DNA of 64,000 nucleotides from Macrostomum lignano (GCA_002269645.1 NIVC01003028.1:7440-71439); one strand, 5' to 3'; counted from the first letter of the stretch, positions 38,118-51,194 are shown. Notes: generated by a model from the sequence alone, not told the origin. Made by a program: numbers and translations.

Positions 38118-41100
38118 ATGGGTCAGCTGTGAATCTAGATGGGTCAGGTTTGCATCTAGATGGGTCAGGTTTGTGTCTAGATGGGTCAGGTTTGTATCCT
38201 AGATGGGTCAGGTTTGTATCTAGGTGGTTCCAGATGGTTCCAGGTTTGTGTCTAGATGGGTCAGGTTTGTGTCTAGATGGGTCAGGTTTGTATCCTAGAT
38301 GGGTCAGGTTTGTATCTAGATGGGTCAGGTTTGTGTCTAGATGGGTCAGGTTTGTGTCTAGATGGGTCAGCTGTGCATCTAGATGGGTCAGGTTTGTGTC
38401 TAGATGGGTCAGGTTTGTGTCTAGATGGGTCAGGTTTGTGTCTAGATGGGTCAGGTTTGTGTCTAGATGGGTCAGGTTTGTGTCTAGATGGGTCAGGTTT
38501 GTATCTAGATGGGTCAGGTTTGTATCTAGATGGGTCAGCTGTGCATCTAGATGGGTCAGGTTTGTGTCTAGATGGGTCAGGTTTGTATCTAGATGGGTCA
38601 GGTTTGTGTCTAGATGGGTCAGGTTTGTATCTAGATGGGTCAGGTTTGTATCTAGATGGGTCAGCTGTGCATCTAGATGGGTCAGGTTTGTGTCTAGATG
38701 GGTCAGGTTTGTATCTAGATGGGTCAGGTTTGTGTCTAGATGGGTCAGGTTTGTATCTAGATGGGTCAGGTTTGTATCTAGATGGGTCAGCTGTGCATCT
38801 AGATGGATCAGGTTTGCATCTAGATGGGTCAGGTTTGTATCTAGATGGGTCAGCTGTGCATCTAGATGGGTCAGGTCTGTATCTAGGTGGATCAGGTTTG
38901 TACCTAGATGGGTAAGGTTTGTATCTAGATGGGTTAGGTTTGTATCTAGATGGGTCAGGTTTGTATCTAGATGGGTCAGGTTTGTATCTAGATGGGTCAG
39001 GTTTGTATCTAGATGGGTCAGGTTTGTGTCTAGATGGGTCAGGTTTGTGTCTAGATGGGTCAGGTTTGTATCTAGATGGGTCAGGTCTGTATCTAGATGG
39101 GTCAGGTTTGTATCTAGATGGGTCAGGTTTGTATCTAGATGGGTCAGGTTTGTATCTAGATGGGTCAGGTTTGTATCTAGATGGGTCAGGTTTGTATCTA
39201 GATGGGTCAGGTTTGTGTCTAGATGGGTCAGGTTTGTGTCTAGATGGGTCAGGTTTGTGTCTAGATGGGTAAGGTTTGTGTCTAGATGGGTCAGGTTTGC
39301 ATCTAGATGGGTCAGGTTTGTATCTAGATGGGTCAGGTTTGTGTCTAGATAGGTCAGGTTTGTGTCTAGATGGGTCAGGTTTGTGTCTAGATGGGCAAGG
39401 TTTGTGTCTAGATGGGTCAGGTTTGTATCTAGATGGGTCAGGTTTGTGTCTATATGGGTCAGGTTTGCATCTAGATGGGTCAGGTTTGTGTCTAGATGGG
39501 TCAGGTTTGTATCTAGATGGGTCAGGTTTGTGTCTAGATAGGTCAGGTTTGTATCTAGATGGGTTAGGTTTGTATCTAGGTGGTCCCAGATGGTTCCAGA
39601 TGGTTCCAGGTTTGTGTCTAGATGGGTCAGGTTTGTGTCTAGATGGGTCAGGTTTGTGTCTAGATAGGTTAGGTTTGTATCTAGATGGGTTAGGTTTGTA
39701 TCTAGGTGGTTCCAGATGGTTCCAGATGGTTCCAGGTTTGTGTCTAGATGGGTCAGGTTTGTGTCTAGATGGGTCAGGTTTGTGTCTAGATAGGTCAGGT
39801 TTGTATCTAGATGGGTTAGGTTTGTATCTAGGTGGTTCCAGATGGTTCCAGATGGTTCCAGGTTTGTGTCTAGATGGGTCAGGTTTGTGTCTAGATGGGT
39901 CAGGTTTGTGTCTAGATGGGTCAGGTTTGTGTCTAGATGGGTCAGGTTTGTATCTAGATGGGTCAGGTTTGTGTCTAGATGGGTCAGGTTTGTATCTAGA
40001 TGGGTCAGGTTTGTATCCTGATGGGTCAGGTTTGTATCTAGATGGGTCAGGTTTGTATCTAGATGGGTCAGGTTTGTATCTAGATGGGTCAGGTTTGTAT
40101 CTAGATGGGTCAGGTTTGTATCTAGATGGGTCAGGTTTGTATCTAGATGGGTCAGGTTTGTATCTAGATGGGTCAGGTTTGTATCTAGATGGGTCAGGTT
40201 TGTGTCTAGATGGGTCAGGTTTGTATCTAGATGGGTCAGGTTTGTGTCTATATGGGTCAGGTTTGCATCTAGATGGGTCAGGTTTGTGTCTAGATGGGTC
40301 AGGTTTGTATCTAGATGGGTCAGGTTTGTGTCTAGATAGGTCAGGTTTGTATCTAGATGGGTTAGGTTTGTATCTAGGTGGTCCCAGATGGTTCCAGATG
40401 GTTCCAGGTTTGTGTCTAGATGGGTCAGGTTTGTGTCTAGATGGGTCAGGTTTGTGTCTAGATAGGTTAGGTTTGTATCTAGATGGGTTAGGTTTGTATC
40501 TAGGTGGTTCCAGATGGTTCCAGATGGTTCCAGGTTTGTGTCTAGATGGGTCAGGTTTGTGTCTAGATGGGTCAGGTTTGTGTCTAGATAGGTCAGGTTT
40601 GTATCTAGATGGGTTAGGTTTGTATCTAGGTGGTTCCAGATGGTTCCAGATGGTTCCAGGTTTGTGTCTAGATGGGTCAGGTTTGTGTCTAGATGGGTCA
40701 GGTTTGTGTCTAGATGGGTCAGGTTTGTGTCTAGATGGGTCAGGTTTGTATCTAGATGGGTCAGGTTTGTGTCTAGATGGGTCAGGTTTGTATCTAGATG
40801 GGTCAGGTTTGTATCCTGATGGGTCAGGTTTGTATCTAGATGGGTCAGGTTTGTATCTAGATGGGTCAGGTTTGTATCTAGATGGGTCAGGTTTGTATCT
40901 AGATGGGTCAGGTTTGTATCTAGATGGGTCAGGTTTGTATCTAGATGGGTCAGGTTTGTATCTAGATGGGTCAGGTTTGTATCTAGATGGGTCAGGTTTG
41001 TGTCTAGATGGGTCAGGTTTGTATCCTAGATGGTGTTGTGTATTGAACGCGTGGGTTTTTTGTGCGAGCGAGAGTTGAGAAATAAGAATTGTGGAGTCTC

Positions 41101-41755
41101 GACTGACTCCGCCGCTTTATATTTGTTAGTAAATGAAGCGTGCACGTTGGGTGTAATCACCTGGCAGATTGGCTATATGTTACGCAATGATTTGAGTTGA
41201 ATACAATACTGTTGAAACATAAATACGGTACGACTGAAGTACTCAATACTTGTACTTAGTACTCACGCCACAACAGATGGGTCAGGTTTGTATCTAGGTG
41301 GTTCCAGATGGTTCCAGGTTTGTGTCTAGATGGGTCAGGTTTGTGTCTAGATGGGTTTAGATTTGTATCTTGATGGGTTAGGTTTGTATCTAGATGGGTC
41401 AGGTTTGTGTCTAGATGGGTCAGGTTTGTGTCTAGATGGGTCAGGTTTGCATCTTGATGGGTCAGGTTTGTGTCTAGATGGGTAAGGTTTGTGTCTAGGT
41501 GTGTCAGGTTTGTATCTAGATGGGTCAGGTTTGTATCTAGGTGGTTCCAGATGGTTTCAGGTTTGTGTCTAGATGGGTCAGGTTTGTGTCTAGATGGGTC
41601 AGGTTTGTATCTAGATGGGTCAGCTGTGCATCTAGATGGGTCAGGTTTGTGTCTAGATGGGTCAGGTTTGTATCTAGATGGGTCAGGTTTGTGTCTAGAT
41701 GGGTCAGGTTTGTATCTAGATGGGTCAGCTGTGCATCTTGATGGGTCAGCTGTGC
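38118..41755. repeat. 21-bp satellite (CTAGATGGGTCAGGTTTGTAT/GT)n, interrupted by a solo LTR
   Basis: 7-aa periodicity LDGSGLY/C; internal 798-bp higher-order duplication. Confidence 0.97.
41034..41275 (-). mobile_element. Solo LTR (242 bp) with 5-bp target-site duplication
   Basis: Termini TGTTGTG...CACAACA form a perfect 7-bp inverted repeat with TG..CA ends. Flanked by GATGG at 41029-41033 and 41276-41280. CCAAT and TATAAA on the - strand suggest the orientation. Confidence 0.85.
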
Positions 41756-42384
41756 ATTTCGGCCAGGTCAGCTATGAGTAAGGATGATTCTCACCGGACT
41801 CATCCCACAGCTGTTTTAAAAATAAATATTTGCAAAACTTTACGTTCCAGTCGAAGTTCTTGAGTTTCAGTCTGAAAAAACCAAGAGGGGGGGGCAAATA
41901 GCCTGCCAGTGCCAGAATGATAGCAAAAATCAAGGAATTTTTTTGCTCGGAAGCAGAGCAACTTCTGCCGCGGCAGGTGAAAAAAATCCCGACAGAAACG
42001 TAGTCAGGATAAGCCAGTTCGTCACGATGCCTCTCGATAAACAACCTGCTTGTCCATGAAACCCCTGCTTGAGCACGACTCGGCTCTGATTTGGGGACCT
42101 TGTTTTTTCTAGATCTAAAAAAATATTGCAACTTTTTTTCCAATCCTGAAGGCCTGTCTGGTCTCGTATCGGTAGACAAGTTTATAGCGAGGGGCATTCT
42201 AGATCTAGATGACTGCTCCATAACACTGAAGCCTCTGACAAACCGTCAAAATTGTTGTTTCCTGAAGTGACCTTTTCACAGGTTGCAGTTTTAACCAGAT
42301 TAAACCCTTGCTGTGTTTGTTTCTGCCCCGTCTCCTTGGTGTGAAAGCAGAAACACTGCTGTGACATTTTGCTAGTAAATTTGG

Positions 42385-43675
42385 TTCCAGCCCAGATGGT
42401 TCCAGTCCAGAGGGTTTCCAGTCCAGACAGTTCCACTCCAGATGGTTCCAGTCCAGATGGTTCCAGTCCAGATGGTTCCAGTCCAGATGGTTCCAGTCCA
42501 GATGGTTCCAGTCCAGATGGTTCCAGTCCAGATGGTTCCAGTCCAGATGGTTCCAGTCCAGATGGTTCCAGTCCAGATGGTTCCAGTCCAGATGGTTCCA
42601 GTCCAGATGGTTCCAGTCCAGATGGTTCCAGTCCAGATGGTTCCAGTCCAGATGGTTCCAGTCCAGACAGTTCCAGTCCAGAGGGTTTCCAATCCCCATG
42701 GTTCCAGTCCAGATGGTTCCAGTCCAGATGGTTCCAGTCCAGAGGGTTTCCAGTCCAGAGGGTTTCCAGTCCAGATGGTTCCAGTCCAGATGGTTCCAGT
42801 TCAGACAGTTCCAGTCCAGACAGTTCCAGTCCAGAGGGTTTCCAATCCCCATGGTTCCAGTCCAGATGGTTCCAGTCCAGATGGTTCCAGTCCAGACAGT
42901 TCCAGTCCAGAGGGTTTCCAGTCCAGATGGTTCCAGTCCAGACAGTTCCAGTCCAGATGGTTCCAGTCCAGATGGTTCCAGTCCAGAGGGTTTCCAGTCC
43001 AGATGGTTTCCAGTCCAGATGGTTCCAGTCCAGATGGTTCCAGTCCAGATGGTTCCAGTCCAGATGGTTCCAGTCCAGATGGTTCCAGTCCAGATGGTTC
43101 CAGTCCAGATGGTTCCAGTCCAGATGGTTCCAGTCCAGATGGTTCCAGTCCAGATGGTTCCAGTCCAGATGGTTCCAGTCCAGATGGTTCCAGTCCAGAT
43201 GGTTCCAGTCCAGATGGTTCCAGTCCAGATGGTTCCAGTCCAGATGGTTCCAGTCCAGATGGTTCCAGTCCAGATGGTTCCAGTCCAGATGGTTCCAGTC
43301 CAGATGGTTCCAGTCCAGATGGTTCCAGTCCAGATGGTTCCAGTCCAGATGGTTCCAGTCCAGATGGTTCCAGTCCAGATGGTTCCAGTCCAGATGGTTC
43401 CAGTCCAGATGGTTCCAGTCCAGATGGTTCCAGTCCAGATGGTTCCAGTCCAGATGGTTCCAGTCCAGATGGTTCCAGTCCAGATGGTTCCAGTCCAGAT
43501 GGTTCCAGTCCAGATGGTTCCAGTCCAGATGGTTCCAGTCCAGATGGTTCCAGTCCAGATGGTTCCAGTCCAGATGGTTCCAGTCCAGATGGTTCCAGTC
43601 CAGATGGTTCCAGCTCAGTTTGTTCGACAAGGGTCCATAAACTGATCCTGCCGCAGCCATGGTTCCAGTCCAGAT
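42385..43675. repeat. 15-bp satellite (CCAGATGGTTCCAGT)n
   Basis: 5-aa periodicity PDGSS / RWFQS. Confidence 0.97.
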
Positions 43676-44099
43676 GGCAGCAGAGGGGTCCATGGAATGA
43701 TTGCCAGACCGGTTCGCCTGTCAGTCAGTTGGTCAGTCGGCTTAGGAATGAGGATTAGCTGTGGGGCTGTTTATTCCGATACCGATTTGCTTGGCATGCA
43801 CTCGCACTGGATCGGGTCGGCCACCGCCTCCCCCCTTCCATCTTCGAGCCGCGTGTGGGCGGATCTCCACCCCCAAGGCCTGAACCTCCCCGTTCGCGTA
43901 TTCGTGTAAGGGGCATTGGGAACAACTCGGCTTCTGCCAGTCTTCCTAAAGTTCCCAAGGTTCCCCAATCCTTGTGCCAATGGCTGTCTGTGGGAAATTT
44001 ATCCCAATAGTGATTTATAGAATCCCAACCCGTAGCTTATCCCCAGCCAATTCAATTTTTCAATTGAATTTTTGTGCTTTTCTTATCAAATTTCACCAC

Positions 44100-44258
44100 T
44101 CTAACATTAATCTAACATTAAACTAACACCCATCTAACATTAATCTAACACAAATCTAGCACCAATCTAATACCAATCTAACACCAATCTAACACCAATC
44201 TAACACCAATCTAACACCAATCTAACACCAATCTAACACCAATCTAACACCAATCTAA
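44100..44258. repeat. 11-bp repeat (AATCTAACACC)n
   Basis: Direct reading. Confidence 0.9.
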
Positions 44259-44879
44259 CCAACCTCACCCAAAACCAACATGAGACCAACCTGACTTAAA
44301 ATCGCAGTGGGCTGGTCAGGTGAACAGAAACTAGAAATAATGCAGATTACAGGCAGCATCCCTCTCCATCCAACTCCCCGTGTCTGCAAGCTTAGCTGAG
44401 TTCCCACGCCCACCTACGCAGTCTCCGTCAGCCGCATCCAAGGCTCGCCTACCTCTTGATGTCGTTTCTCAGCCTCTGAGCCTTATCAAACTTGCATGTA
44501 GACCAGACTTGCATCCGCCTCTCTCATCTCCATCTCGCTTGCTCAAGAGTCCCGCCTTCACTCACTCACTCACTCACTTATGCAGTTCTACCCGCCCACA
44601 TTACCCCTTATCAGGGCGTACTTCATTTTCTCTCCAAGGCCTCACCTGCCTGCCAGCTCTCCGGGTTTCGGCAAAGTCAGCGAAGTGTGAAATCAGCGAG
44701 TCACCCCAGATTGTAGTTGACTTTACTCACAGCCTGCAAAGTGCTTGCTGCTGATTGAGATTGAGCGCGAGGCTGAGATTCACTCAGCGAGACATTGAGG
44801 ATGGAGACTATATTGTTTTTACATAGAGAGATCGGAGATAAGACTGTGAGATTCACTCCTATACTGCTCAGACTTACAG

Positions 44880-45103
44880 AGATGAGATCGGAGATGAGAT
44901 CGGAGATGAGATCGGAGATGAGATCGGAGATGAGATCGGAGATGAGATCGGAGATGAGATCGGAGATGAGATCGGAGATGAGATCGGAGATGAGATCGGA
45001 GATGAGATCGGAGATGAGATCGGAGATGAGATCGGAGATTAGATCGGAGATGAGATCGGAGATGAGATCGGAGATGAGATCGGAGATGAGATCGGAGATG
45101 AGA
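44880..45103. repeat. 12-bp repeat (GAGATGAGATCG)n, ~18 units
   Basis: Direct reading. Confidence 0.96.
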
Positions 45104-45834
45104 CTGTGAGATTCACTCTAACTACTATGCAATAATATCTATAGTACATTTACAAGCCGTAGCTTCGGACATGAGCTCAGTGACTCGCAAAAAATCCTCT
45201 GGTAAAAACGTTTCTCCCAGAGCATGGCTGAGCAAGTATTCTCTCACTAATCTTATTTCTCTTTCTCTCACTCTCAAAATCTCATATTTTCGTATTTGAT
45301 TTGCCGCCACCCCCCCCCCCAATACCAGCTGGAGCGGATTTGAACTCAAACTCTAGGGAGAGCTGAAAGAAAGCAATTTTTCTCGCCGACCCACCTCGCC
45401 GGCCCCAGTAACTGCCAGATTTGATAGCTGAGCAATGCCCCGGGCCGGCTGCACTGGGATTTCGGGAGAGTGCGAGCCAAAACTGAGGCGAGCCGGAGCT
45501 GCCCTGTTTTATTTTGAGTCCGGCCCCGAGTTAATTTTCAGCGGCCGGACTGGCTGAAAGAAATAAAAGGAAATGTGGGAAAGAGAAATAGAAGAGGAGA
45601 CAGGATGGATGAGAGAGAGAAGGGGGGCAGGCGCCCGATAGGAAACCGGAGACAAGGAGCGGCAGACCGCACGCACAAGGGGGGGGGGGTCCAATGGTAA
45701 CTCGCCGCGAGCCTCGGCCACAGCTTGAGAAGGCTAATCAGGCACGCGGCTGCTGCTTGAATCTGTGCAGTGCAGATGTAAGCGCGAAGAGCTCAGCGCT
45801 TGCTGGGTACTCTCGAGAATTCCGCAACATCCCT

Positions 45835-46680
45835 GTGTCTCTAGGAATCGATCATGTGTCTTTCTAGGAATCGATCATGTGTCTTTCTAGGAATCGATCA
45901 TTTGTCTTTCTAGGAATCGATCATGTGTCTTTCTAGGAATCGATCATGTATCTTTCTAGGAATCGATCATGTGTCTTTCTAGGAATCGATCATTTGTCTT
46001 TCTAGGAATCGATCATGTGTCTTTCTAGGAATCGATCATGTGTCTTTCTAGGAATCAATCATGTGTCTTTCTAGGAGTCGATCATGTGTCTTTCTAGGAG
46101 TCGATCATGTGTCGTTCTAGGAATCGAGAATTAGTCTTTCTAGGAATCGAGAATGCGTCTTTCTAGGAATCGAGAATTAGTCTTTCTAGGAATCGAGAAT
46201 GCGTCTTTCTAGGAATCGATCATGTATCTTTCTAGGAATCGATCATGTGTCTTTCTAGGAATCGATCATTTGTCTTTCTAGGAATCGATCATGTGTCTTT
46301 CTAGGAATCGATCATGTGTCTTTCTAGGAATCAATCATGTGTCTTTCTAGGAGTCGATCATGTGTCTTTCTAGGAGTCGATCATGTGTCGTTCTAGGAAT
46401 CGAGAATTAGTCTTTCTAGGAATCGAGAATGCGTCTTTCTAGGAATCGAGAATGTGTCTTTCTAGGAATCGATCATGTGTCTTTCTAGGAATCGATGTGT
46501 CTTTCTCTGAATCGATTTATGTGTCTTTCTTGGATTCGATCATGTCTTTATAGGAATCAAGAATGTGTCTTTCTGTTCAGCGAGAATGTCTTTCTAGGAA
46601 TCGATCATGTGTCTTTCTAGGTATCGAGAAAGTCTCCGTCTGGGAATAAAAAGGTGTCTTTCTGGGAATCGAGAATGTGT
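45835..46680. repeat. 23-bp minisatellite (CTAGGAATCGATCATGTGTCTTT)n, decaying toward the right
   Basis: Direct reading. Confidence 0.93.
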
Positions 46681-48379
46681 CTTTCTGGGAATTCGGTTTC
46701 GAAATAAAAATAATTTAGTATATTACGGTCCTAGACTTCAGATTGCGTCGGATGGCCGGATGAGGGTCGCCGATGCCTCCTCTGCGAACCTGCCGACTAT
46801 TGGCGCCGGCTGGGCGCATCCGCTAGGTTGAACCTTGGTATATTTTACCTTGGGGTTGCGATAGGAACCTTGCGGCCTAATCACGGCCCCTTCAGCAGTA
46901 AGTACGTTGGCTCCCGACGCAGTTGCAGCCAGTCCATTGAAAACTGGCATCTATTGTTTTGTCCCACCACCCCCCACTCCTCTTGTCAGTCAGTTTCTCC
47001 ATTCGAGGGAAATACGTGTGCGACTTGACTGTAGGAAATCCCCTACCAAGCGTGGAGAGACAGATCGAGAGGCTGGTAAAGGAAATTGAAACAAGTATTG
47101 GCTGCTGGTAGATCATTTTTTCTCTTTATTTCAGCCGGGTAGGATGAAGCCAATGGACTCCTATTGGCCGTTATAGTTGCTGGGTGGGAGCGATGAGGAT
47201 GGATTGAAGGTTGGCCCGATGGGAGCAGGTTCCCCCCCCCCCCCCCCCCACACAAGAAAGCACCTTTCATGCGCCGGCTTGCGAGCGAGTAAGCGGCAGC
47301 GCCGCACGCAGGGAAGGAGACTGGAGGATGGAGCAATTTCTCTGCCCTCTTTACCACCCCCACCCTCAGATCCCGCCAAATCCACCGGCCAGGCTGACGG
47401 GCCAGTCAAGGGGGTATTAGGCGAGCCAAGTCGCTCACGGAGGTCGAGAGAGAAAAAAGAAAAGGAGGGAGAGAAAGAGAGGCAGGGAGCCGCTGAGAAG
47501 CTTGAAATAGAACGAGGCAGCCGTCCGACGACGCAGCAACTTCAACTTCTTCAACAGCGGCCATCCCGCCTGTTTTCTATCGCCACTCTTCTCTCTCTCT
47601 CTCTCTGTGTGTCTGTCTGCCTGTCCGGCCTTACCGCTTCACTGAAGGCTCCGTCCGCAAGAAGGAAAAGCAGAAAAGGAGAAAAAGGAGCTGCCTCGAG
47701 GCTCGCAGCGGGCGAAGAGACCTGGAGAAGGGATCAGTATTCAGAAAGTCTACGGATCGGACTTCCTTCCAGCCCGTGCCCAGGCTCCGTTTGCCTCCCC
47801 ATCAGTCCAGACAGGGCTTCACTTTACTTCTCAGCTCTTTTACCCTTTCAAGCCTTACCTCTTCTCCCTTCTCTCTCCGTAATCCCAGGACTGAGGGTGA
47901 GGCAGCGGCAAGGGAACAGTCGGGCATCCGGTTTCCCAATCCCCGGCTGTGTTGCGGGACAAAGAAGCGCGGCCGGCCAGCAAAAGCAAATCAGAGCAGG
48001 CCTCGTCTCGGCACCAGCATCAGAAGTTTGCATCCTCACTGGCAGTCGGCGACAGTCCAACGCGAGAGGCGCTTCCAGAGTGCGGTAAGACTCAAAAGTG
48101 GAAAGCTGTATACCCAGGCGCGGATTACTCTGCCCCTCTGCTCAGCTGTGCTCAGCTCAACCTCTCGCAGCCCGCTTCAAATACTATCATCATCATGTTT
48201 CTTCTTTGTGTCACAAGGCTGCCACGCCCACTGGGTAGAGAGCAGGCAGAGACACGGGAGGGCAAAGAAGAGAGGGGAATGGAACGGCCGGGAAGACTCG
48301 TTGCGAAAGAAACAGACGGACAAGAAGCGTTTGTTCTTTGCAGCTCTGTGCGCCCGCCCGCTCTGTGCACTGGGCTATG

Positions 48380-48960
<581 letters not shown>

Positions 48961-49597
48961 CACTGTCCTATTTCTCCTATTTCTGCATTAGCAGACCTGC
49001 TTGACCTGCACAAAAGCGAGCTGGAATAGCAAACGGGAAGCGCAGAGTCGACCAGCTGGTTCATCCCCCTTTTTGCAGCGTTTCAAGATCAAAAAGTCCG
49101 TGTCCTATTACCTAATTTCAGCCCGCCATGCAGTCTCCCTCTGGTCCGTGATTTTTTTCTGCTTCTTTTCCCCACCCTCCAGGTCTGCCTGCGCAGCCTG
49201 CCGCCACACAGCCGCCACAGCCGCCGCCACCGCTGCTGCTGCCGCTGCTGTTGTTGTAGAAGAGGGACGTTGGGCCACTGATTGCCCGGACCGCTCCCGG
49301 CAGCCAGGAGAGATTGTGTCCCCACTTCCCCGGGGCCAGCCCGGGATTGCCCCCTATTCCTCCCCCAGTCCCCCCTCTCTCTCTCTCGCCCTGACCCGCG
49401 GAAACCACCGGGCGTCCTTTCGGTTCAGCGCCAAAAACTCTCCTGGCCTCAGATCCGCCCTCTTTCTTTGCCCTGCAGCGAATTGGCTCGGTCAAAGCTG
49501 CCCCTCCTCTTCTCTCCGCCAACGCGCTCTCTCCGCTGGCCCCGTCGCCACCCCCTCACCGCCAGGAAGAGGAGGAGGCGGCAAAGCGCGACCCGTC

Positions 49598-50938
49598 ATG
49601 AATTCTGACGAGCCGGTAGTTCGTCTGGCGAAGGCGGAGTTTCTCAGGGCGCTGGACACATCGGCGCGGAATTACACAACCGGCAGAAACTTCGGCGTCG
49701 GCGGAGGCGGCGGCGGCGTCGGTGGTGTCCCCAATCGAACGCACGCAGCATTCTCGGTGCCGCCCCCGGCAGTTGCCATGGCGACAACAATCAACTCGCT
49801 GATCCCGGCTCCGCCAACTTCGCCTAGTAGCCGGCCGCCAACCCCGGTGCTGCTCTATTCGCTCGGGTTCGGCCTGGCCGGCCTGACGCTGGTTGCTCAG
49901 CTGGCGCTCGCCCTGCTGGCCATCGCGCGGGCCTGCGGGCGCCGGCGCCGACAGCACGCCGACTGCCTCTACGGCCTGTGCGCCCACGCCGCTATCATCG
50001 GCGCTGTCCAAGGCGGCTACGTGACGGTGACGCACACTTTGCTGCTGGCCCGCGGTCCGGAGGGCCTGGCCGACCCGCTGTGGCGCGTCAACTGCAAGGC
50101 CTACCTGTTCTGCCGCTCCCTGCTCCCAGGGCTGTTCCTGCACCTGCTCGCCAGCGTCGGCGTGGCCTTCAAGACCATCCGGTACCCCGCCAGGCGCTGC
50201 TCCAGCAGCCTCTGCGGCAGGGCGGGCGGCCTGGCCGTGCACTGCCTGCCTTGGGCGATGTGCAGCGGCGCCCTGCTTCCGGCTTTAGTGCTGCACAAAG
50301 ACGTCACCGAGGCCGCGATTCGAGCGGGTCGCTGCACCGTCCCGGAGCTCTGGCCTTGGCTGGCGCCACTGCTGGTGCTGTTCGGCCTACCGCAGGTGGC
50401 GCTGCTGCTGCTCACCTGTCTTCTCTGCGCTTTCCGGCCCTACGCCACCGGCGATGAAGACGAAGATGCCGACGACTCGCTGGAGGATGCGGCCAACAAC
50501 GGCGAGGGCGAGCTACGGCCGCCGGGCTACCTGCCGGCTGCCAACCACCTGAACCAGGGGCAGCCGCAGTCGCCGCAGTCGCGCACTCTGCTCCGCGGCC
50601 GCCCGATGCGCATCGCCCGCCTGCTGCTGATTGTGCTCAACTGTCTTGAGGCGGCCACCCAGCTGCCTTACTCCATCATCAGTCTGCTGCAGACTGTGCT
50701 GCGAAACCGGCAGGCCAGGCATCTCATACCGGATGACACAGTTGACATTGCATTCTGGCTGCACATGGCCTTCTTCCCCGTGGCCAGCGTGTTCCTGGCG
50801 GCCCTGGTGGTCCAGCTGGACAAGGCCTACCAGCTCACCGAGCGGGATCTGCACCAGAGAGGCGGTGCGAAACCGTCCAGAGGCGGAGGCGGGCCAGACG
50901 AAGTTCTGTACACGGCCAGCATGCTGTCTTCGGTGTGA
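49598..50938 (+). CDS. Intronless orphan 7TM protein, highly divergent class A GPCR-like, 446 aa
   Basis: First true ATG at 49598. N-glycosylation sequons NYT and NRT; about seven hydrophobic segments; Cys at the top of TM3 (VNCKAY) and in ECL2 (GRCTVP); TM6 QLPY. No DRY or NPxxY. Confidence 0.7.
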   Translation: MNSDEPVVRLAKAEFLRALDTSARNYTTGRNFGVGGGGGGVGGVPNRTHAAFSVPPPAVAMATTINSLIPAPPTSPSSRPPTPVLLYSLGFGLAGLTLVAQLALALLAIARACGRRRRQHADCLYGLCAHAAIIGAVQGGYVTVTHTLLLARGPEGLADPLWRVNCKAYLFCRSLLPGLFLHLLASVGVAFKTIRYPARRCSSSLCGRAGGLAVHCLPWAMCSGALLPALVLHKDVTEAAIRAGRCTVPELWPWLAPLLVLFGLPQVALLLLTCLLCAFRPYATGDEDEDADDSLEDAANNGEGELRPPGYLPAANHLNQGQPQSPQSRTLLRGRPMRIARLLLIVLNCLEAATQLPYSIISLLQTVLRNRQARHLIPDDTVDIAFWLHMAFFPVASVFLAALVVQLDKAYQLTERDLHQRGGAKPSRGGGGPDEVLYTASMLSSV

Positions 50939-50970
50939 CCTCACTTTGAGATCCGCAAAACTGTTTCACG

Positions 50971-51194
50971 GCAGCCTGAGTGCTCAGTCGGTGTGACACA
51001 CAGCAGCCTGAGTGCTCAGTCGGTGTGACACACAGCAGCCTGAGTGCTCAGTCGGTGTGACACACAGCAGCCTGAGTGCTCAGTCGGTGTGACACACAGC
51101 AGCCTGAGTGCTCAGTCGGTGTGACACACAGCAGCCTGAGTGCTCAGTCGGTGTGACACACAGCAGCCTGAGTGCTCAGTCGGTGTGACACGCA
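50971..51194. repeat. 32-bp tandem repeat, 7 copies (GCAGCCTGAGTGCTCAGTCGGTGTGACACACA)
   Basis: Near-identical head-to-tail units starting 33 nt after the 7TM stop codon. Confidence 0.96.

Noticed and set aside
41772-42221. 149-aa ORF between the satellites
   Set aside because: No recognisable domain or coding-like composition.
42369-43758. RWFQS repeats resembling the homeobox WFQ motif
   Set aside because: Translation of a 15-bp satellite; open in several frames, with no NRR or other homeodomain residues.
49001-49597. N-terminal extension of the 7TM ORF given in the ORF track
   Set aside because: Starts at a non-ATG codon and is low-complexity; the first ATG at 49598 is preferred.
50971-51194. 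CRISPR-like array (palindromic ~32-bp repeats); also the 42-, 39- and 36-bp arrays
   Set aside because: Units are head-to-tail with no unique spacers, no cas genes are present, and the context is eukaryotic.
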